The notes beneath the pieces are model-generated. The model saw only the letters and a list, made by a program, of their open reading frames with translations. It was not told where the DNA came from and ran no database searches. A stretch of 32,000 bases of DNA. Source: Candidatus Harpocratesius repetitus. Its GTDB lineage: Archaea > Asgardarchaeota > Lokiarchaeia > Sigyniarchaeales > Promethearchaeaceae. The stretch is taken from positions 2,100,001 to 2,132,000 of the forward strand of contig JAIZWK010000001.1 in NCBI GenBank assembly GCA_021498095.1, in the 5' to 3' direction. Positions 26,858 through 32,000 of the stretch are shown here, one piece after another. The position numbers and the translations under genes are program-made. Every line of letters begins with the position of its first letter. Positions within the stretch are counted from its first letter, which is position 1.

Positions 26858-29011
26858 TCATATAACGAAAGGTTTTAAAAAGAAATCAATTATATTTTCC
26901 CGTATTTCGTGCAAAGTTTCTGTAGTTACATCACTAATATCTAATATTGGACGGAATTGTAATGTAAATATTTGCTCTATTTTTTCTCTCTGATTTAAAA
27001 GAGCACTAAGCTTTTGCGGATATATAAAACAGGTAATAAAGAAGATTGATCCTTTTCCTCGACCTTCATTTTGAGTTGAATCGTGAATCATAGTAGAATA
27101 TACTAAAGCTCGAAAATTGCTACCTCCAAATGGAAATGGACCATATAATCCTTGATGATAACCATGACCTTGGCCAAGACTAACCATAAAAATATTCCCT
27201 GCCATTTGTAAAGGTTGTTGCAAATTTCGATCATCTACATCAACATTCTCTGCAATATGAAGAACTGTTCCCTTTTTTTCATCAATTTTGTAACATACCA
27301 TGAAAATGGAATCAATATCCTCTTGAGTAAGTGTGCATTGTATTCCTTGAGTTGTAATTTGCTGAATCTCTTGCATAAGTAGATTGTAGATTTGGGATAA
27401 AATAAATTCTCGATCTAAAGGATTTGAATCGAGTCTATCAATTAAATTCTCAATTCGCTCTATCTGAGCTTGCTTATTTCTTATTTCATGCGCAATTACT
27501 AAATCTTCAGCTAAACTTAAAACTTTACGCGCTTCAAGAAGATATCCTTCAAAAGCATGAAGTGTTGCTTGCAAAACTAACGTATCAATGTATCGAGGCC
27601 ACAATGATTTATTCTTGGTTAATCCAAGCACTTTATGAATTAAATCAGCGATTTCTTTTAATTCCTTAGAATATCGATGTTGCTGAGTTTTTATTAAATA
27701 AGTTAAAGCAAGAAGAAGAAGCGAATTGATATTAATTTCAAAAAATTTTGTTGTTTGAGCGATTCTATTTGCTTCAAGTAGAAGGATTTCTGCTTCATGG
27801 AAATTTGAAAAAGTTAAGCTTAATCGGGCACGTTCGATTAATGCTAATCCAATTCCAACTTTATTCTGTTGTTTCCATGCTAATTGAACAATATCTTTTA
27901 AAAGTGTATATGCTGAATCTACATTATGAAGGGCAAAATGAGTTTGTACTAATGTAATAAGAATTTGGATTTTTTGAAAGTTTAACTTAGTATTTTCAAC
28001 TATATGTAAAGCTTTCTGCAAAAGCTCTATAGATTTGAGATAATTTCCTTCAACTAACCAATATTTTGCATAATTATTTAATAATTGTAAGTAATTAAAC
28101 TTCATCTCAACTTCTTTGAATAAATCCATTGATTCATCTAGGAATTTTCGTGCCTTAGATAATTGACCTAATTCAGTGTAGAATCCTCCTATCTCAGATT
28201 TTATAACTGCAACATTTGAAAGATTTTGCGCTTCTTCTGCTATTTGCAATGCTTCGAAATATTTTTTTTCAGCAAGAGAATAATCACCTAAGTATTGAAG
28301 AGTTTCAGCATAATTACTCATCATAATTGTAAGATCACGAGTGAGATGCAATTTTTCAGCAAGATCCGCACATTGTTTAAATTGTTCTGATGCATATTGA
28401 ATATCACCTGTATATATTTGAAAAAGAGCTAAATTATTTCTTGCTGATATTTCTATCCTTGAATTATTAATTTTCTGAGCCAATGAAATTGCTTTATGAA
28501 GATATTCTTCCCCTTCTTGAAGAAGGCCAGTATATGACCGATTAACTCCCAGTCTGTTATAAACATGTGCTTCCTTAGCAGTTTTTCCCAGCTTTTGATA
28601 AATTGGAAGTGCTTCAAAAAAACGATCTGATGCAGATTGAAATCGTCCTCTAGAATTCTCTACCATGCCTAATCCTACCAAGGCATCAGCGAATAATTCA
28701 TCATTATCCAAACGAGTTGCTTCAAGAAATACTTTTTTATAATTACGTTCTGCTTCATCGATTTTTCCTAATGTCCATTGGATATTTGCTAATAATAATC
28801 GAAGTTTTGATTTTTTTTCAGAATCTTTTTCAGATTGAAGAGTTATTACAATCTCTTTTTCAGTTTCTGCTGGTGTAGTTACACTTTGTTGGGAAAGACG
28901 ATTATACATTATATCCCATTTTTTTTTATCTGATTCTATCGTATTTGAAGAAAGGGATGTTTTTTTTTGTTTTTTCTCATTCTTTTGGGATATTTTTGGA
29001 TAATCGGTCAT
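26858..29011 (-). CDS. TPR-repeat protein with a C-terminal longin-like domain
   Basis: Many 34-40-aa repeats (LG..Y...G...A...F..AL); the C-terminal ~150 aa show a beta-beta-alpha-beta-beta-beta-alpha-alpha pattern with GLYGPFP; AAGGAG upstream. Confidence 0.75.
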   Translation of the reverse strand: MTDYPKISQKNEKKQKKTSLSSNTIESDKKKWDIMYNRLSQQSVTTPAETEKEIVITLQSEKDSEKKSKLRLLLANIQWTLGKIDEAERNYKKVFLEATRLDNDELFADALVGLGMVENSRGRFQSASDRFFEALPIYQKLGKTAKEAHVYNRLGVNRSYTGLLQEGEEYLHKAISLAQKINNSRIEISARNNLALFQIYTGDIQYASEQFKQCADLAEKLHLTRDLTIMMSNYAETLQYLGDYSLAEKKYFEALQIAEEAQNLSNVAVIKSEIGGFYTELGQLSKARKFLDESMDLFKEVEMKFNYLQLLNNYAKYWLVEGNYLKSIELLQKALHIVENTKLNFQKIQILITLVQTHFALHNVDSAYTLLKDIVQLAWKQQNKVGIGLALIERARLSLTFSNFHEAEILLLEANRIAQTTKFFEININSLLLLALTYLIKTQQHRYSKELKEIADLIHKVLGLTKNKSLWPRYIDTLVLQATLHAFEGYLLEARKVLSLAEDLVIAHEIRNKQAQIERIENLIDRLDSNPLDREFILSQIYNLLMQEIQQITTQGIQCTLTQEDIDSIFMVCYKIDEKKGTVLHIAENVDVDDRNLQQPLQMAGNIFMVSLGQGHGYHQGLYGPFPFGGSNFRALVYSTMIHDSTQNEGRGKGSIFFITCFIYPQKLSALLNQREKIEQIFTLQFRPILDISDVTTETLHEIRENIIDFFLKPFVI

Positions 29012-29022
29012 GATTTAGCTCC

Positions 29023-29454
29023 TTAAATGCTTGGAATTAATTGAGTAATATCATAATTTAGAATCGTTGAAATCCAAGTTACTATACTTGGGGTGAATAG
29101 AAATAGCACAATTAAAATTATTGTAAAAACTATTGCATATATTAAAATTGCACCTAATGCACCGAAAAAGGTAGTTTCATGTCTATTCATTATCACAAAC
29201 ATTGATACTAAAAGGGAGATTAAAGTACCAATTAAAGCCCATCCTGGAAGTAAAAGTTGAAAAACAAAAGAAATTACTCCTGCTAAAAATACAGCAATTA
29301 ATCCAGTTATAAAAACAGCACCAAATTCAGTGTGTTCACCTTTTACAGCATTAATACCAATGCTTAGGGAAATTACTGCAAGGGCAATGGTTATAAAAAT
29401 TAACAACAAAATCCATCCAATAGTAATGAGAATTTCTGGTAATTGTGATAACAT
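29023..29454 (-). CDS. Hypothetical integral membrane protein (about 4 TM helices)
   Basis: 143 aa, almost entirely hydrophobic segments; its stop overlaps the SD of the TPR gene. Confidence 0.75.
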   Translation of the reverse strand: MLSQLPEILITIGWILLLIFITIALAVISLSIGINAVKGEHTEFGAVFITGLIAVFLAGVISFVFQLLLPGWALIGTLISLLVSMFVIMNRHETTFFGALGAILIYAIVFTIILIVLFLFTPSIVTWISTILNYDITQLIPSI

Positions 29455-29501
29455 ATTTTAAAATAGCATCGATTTCCATTTAAGCATTTGCTTCTCGGAT
29501 T

Positions 29502-30314
29502 TTAAAGAGAGATTAAGGGTTGACAAATTGTACAAAAAATTGTTGTTCTTTGCCCTACGATTCGTTTTTCTAGTTCTTTACCACATATTGGGCACTTTCC
29601 ATTAATAACGCGAGCATGTAGAAAAAAATTCGATGGAAATTCGCCATATTGTGCGTTATGATCTATTGCAATTTGAAGAATATTCTGAATTACTTCATGT
29701 AGCTTTTTAATTTGAGTTTCACTTATTTGAGAACCTAAAATTAATGGATTAATTTTACTTTGAAATAATGCTTCATCGGCATAAAGATTTCCAATTCCTG
29801 CAATACGGTGTTGATCTAATAAAATTGCTTTTATCGGGCGTTTGCTACTTTGAATTGCTCGTGAAAATTGAGGATATGTAATATTTAGCGCATCTGGACC
29901 GATTTTCCTTTTATTAATAAAATCATCAATCGAATGCCACAATTCAATACGCGCAAATTTACGCTGAGAGATAAATGAAAGAACCTTGTTAGATTGGAAA
30001 TGAAAGCGAATTCGATCAAATCGAGTGATTTTTGCATCTAATTCTTGCAACTTTGTATTCGAATCGTATCGAAGATTTCCTGTCATACCAAAATGAAATA
30101 GAAGAATTTCTCCTGAACTCAAATGAATGAAGAGATATTTACCCCGCCGAGATATTTTTTTAAATTGAATTCTTACTAAGGATTTGGCGAATACTTCTGG
30201 ATTTGGAACTCTAAGAATTTTTGCATCTCTAATTTCTATGTGGTGAATTGGTTGATTCAGTGATGTGTTTTCAAGATAACGCCTGTAAATTTCAACTTCA
30301 GGTAATTCTGGCAT
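29502..30314 (-). CDS. mutM: Formamidopyrimidine-DNA glycosylase (Fpg/Nei family)
   Basis: N-terminal MPELPEV, RRGKYL, HFGMTG, H2TH motif LLDQ..IAGIGNLYADEALF, C-terminal CPICG...R.T.FCTICQ zinc finger. Confidence 0.96.
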   Translation of the reverse strand: MPELPEVEIYRRYLENTSLNQPIHHIEIRDAKILRVPNPEVFAKSLVRIQFKKISRRGKYLFIHLSSGEILLFHFGMTGNLRYDSNTKLQELDAKITRFDRIRFHFQSNKVLSFISQRKFARIELWHSIDDFINKRKIGPDALNITYPQFSRAIQSSKRPIKAILLDQHRIAGIGNLYADEALFQSKINPLILGSQISETQIKKLHEVIQNILQIAIDHNAQYGEFPSNFFLHARVINGKCPICGKELEKRIVGQRTTIFCTICQPLISL

Positions 30315-30474
30315 ATTTAAAAGATCCTATATTATGATATTATTTTACTATGTATTCTTAACAATATTTATTAAGTTTCAAAATAGATAATTTACATAGA
30401 ACAATAGTAGTAGTTGATGGATTAAATCATGTTAATTTCTACTAAGTGTATTTTTTTCCTTATAATTAATAAAT

Positions 30475-31071
30475 ATGAACAATTACGATTTTTTCTACAA
30501 TTTTGGAGATGAAGTTTTAATGAGTGAACTATCAAAAAACAATGAAATGCATCTGAATGAATTTAATGAGGAAGGTTTAAGGAAAATTGCCAAAGAAATT
30601 GTTCTTCATCGATTCTTTCTTATTTTGCATGTACTACTTTATATTTTTGTAAATCTTTTGCTGTTTATTATTAATTATTTGACAAATTGGGAATATCCTT
30701 GGTTTCTCTGGGCACTTACTGGTTGGGCAGTCATACTCTTTACTCATATCTTTTATTATATTCTTTATAAAAAGGGGATTGTTCATATTGCTACACTCGC
30801 TCTTCTTTACCATGTTTGGGCATTTATAGTTCTCAATTCATTTTTATTATTTATTAACTTCTTTACAAATCAATCTCGATGGAATTTTCAACCTTGGTTT
30901 TGGTTTCCATTTGGAAGTTGGGGCTCAATTTTAATTATTCATACTGTTCTTTACTTCTATATTACTCCTGCTCGTGATGAATCTACCGAAAAAACTTGGA
31001 TAGAACGGAAAGTGGAACAAGAATTGAAAAAACTCAAAATGATCGAATCATCAAAAAATTTGAATAAATAG
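30475..31071 (+). CDS. Membrane protein with two 2TM-type domains
   Basis: Two copies of H...Y/W..VN/LN..L..IN......PWF.W/F....W...L..H. Confidence 0.8.
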   Translation: MNNYDFFYNFGDEVLMSELSKNNEMHLNEFNEEGLRKIAKEIVLHRFFLILHVLLYIFVNLLLFIINYLTNWEYPWFLWALTGWAVILFTHIFYYILYKKGIVHIATLALLYHVWAFIVLNSFLLFINFFTNQSRWNFQPWFWFPFGSWGSILIIHTVLYFYITPARDESTEKTWIERKVEQELKKLKMIESSKNLNK

Positions 31072-31085
31072 GACCTCAAAAAAAA

Positions 31086-31715
31086 ATGTTTTGGCTAGGA
31101 AAATCTGTGGAAGTTGTGCCTTCAGAAGGCGGAAAAAGTGATAAAAAAAGGGAAAAAATAAATTTAAGCCCTTTGGAAGTGTTAATTTTAGCACAACTCC
31201 GATCTCGGGAATTACGCAATAATGGAGAACCTGTGGGACAATATGGATATGAAATGATTCAAGATCTAAATAAACTTTTTGCAGGTTCTTGGGAAGCCAA
31301 ATCTGGCACTATTTATCCCATTCTTTCAAAATTAGAAGGAAAAAAACAGATGATTGTGGGATCTCGAAAAAAATCACCTTTAGGACCTGTTAAAAAAGTA
31401 TATAATCTACTTGAACGGGGAAGAAAAGCCATTGATGAGATAATTTTGCATAATTTTGAAGGTGATTTAGATTTTATTTTGCAATATCTAAATCTTATTT
31501 CACCTTTTTTGATAAAAATTGATGAAAAAGACCAAAATGATGAAATCTTTTCAAAATTAACAACAATCCCTGCAAGAGTTGCAAATATTGGATTAGAAAA
31601 ACCTAAAACATTAATAGACCAAACTTTAAGACGAAAGAAATTGGAAGCTTTACAGGAAAGCTTTAAGTTAAGCTTGCAAAATATTGAAGAAGAAATCAAT
31701 AAATCAAATGTTTAA
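31086..31715 (+). CDS. PadR-family transcriptional regulator
   Basis: LEVLIL..., YGYEMIQDL, WEAKSGTIYPILSKLE, KKVYNLLERG. Confidence 0.85.
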   Translation: MFWLGKSVEVVPSEGGKSDKKREKINLSPLEVLILAQLRSRELRNNGEPVGQYGYEMIQDLNKLFAGSWEAKSGTIYPILSKLEGKKQMIVGSRKKSPLGPVKKVYNLLERGRKAIDEIILHNFEGDLDFILQYLNLISPFLIKIDEKDQNDEIFSKLTTIPARVANIGLEKPKTLIDQTLRRKKLEALQESFKLSLQNIEEEINKSNV

Positions 31716-31730
31716 TCGTTGCAAAATTGC

Positions 31731-32000
31731 TTAACACTCTTGATAATAAGAGAGAATGGATTCAATTATTTTTTTTGATAGATGTTTCGGAATACTATCC
31801 ACCGTTCCTTTTCCAAATGAAACTCCATCGATAATCTCATTATCATTTAAGATTTCAAGTAATTGCACTTCATTAATCCAAGAATAGGATATTCTTTCAT
31901 GATTTAATTTAGCCAATTCACATGCACAAGTTAAAGCAGCTAAATTTGAGGTGATTCCAACTAAAAAATCATTTGCGCTCTTTTCAACAGCAATTCCACC
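31731..32000 (-). CDS. 3' end of a gene that starts beyond the window; function unknown
   Basis: The frame is open for 90 codons from the right edge: GGIAVEKSANDFLVGITSNLAALTCACELAKL...YYQEC*. The ORF-track start at 31916 is probably internal. Confidence 0.7.
   Translation of the reverse strand, partial: GGIAVEKSANDFLVGITSNLAALTCACELAKLNHERISYSWINEVQLLEILNDNEIIDGVSFGKGTVDSIPKHLSKKIIESILSYYQEC

Noticed and set aside
20405-31699. Other nested antisense ORFs (20405, 22311, 22977, 23811, 25113, 27424, 27748, 31313) and 4318-4533
   Set aside because: Each lies opposite a better-supported gene.
31731-32000. Functional call for the truncated ORF
   Set aside because: Too little sequence and no diagnostic motif.

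Overview
AT-rich, gene-dense chromosomal window of archaeal type, most consistent with an Asgard archaeon (Lokiarchaeia-like). The assignment is inferred from an archaeal CCA-adding enzyme, a BHB-intron tRNA, GGAGGTGA ribosome-binding sites, a gelsolin-like gene, a Rag-type GTPase and longin-like domains. In order, it contains: a large disordered Zn-finger protein, cca, a gelsolin-like (1DGelX-type) gene, and a probable operon of a YkgJ protein, an aldehyde:ferredoxin oxidoreductase fused in frame to 3-hexulose-6-phosphate synthase, and MoaD. It continues with uvrA, uvrB, small ORFs, a longin-Rag-roadblock GTPase, a tRNA-dihydrouridine synthase, vapBC and an acidic tandem beta-sandwich protein. 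It then has tRNA-Ala(GGC) with a 30-nt intron that fits the non-canonical 40/41 position, and a copper island (copA, an unlisted 53-aa Cys/His mini-protein, a membrane Zn-ribbon protein, a divergent PadR-TRASH regulator). It ends with a TPR-longin protein, mutM, a 2TM protein, a second PadR regulator and a truncated ORF. The best candidate for an undescribed system is the AOR-HPS fusion, which could channel formaldehyde. The copper-linked mini-protein and the non-canonical tRNA intron come next. No transposase, integrase, rRNA or CRISPR array was seen. All family calls come from motifs recognised by eye; no searches were run.
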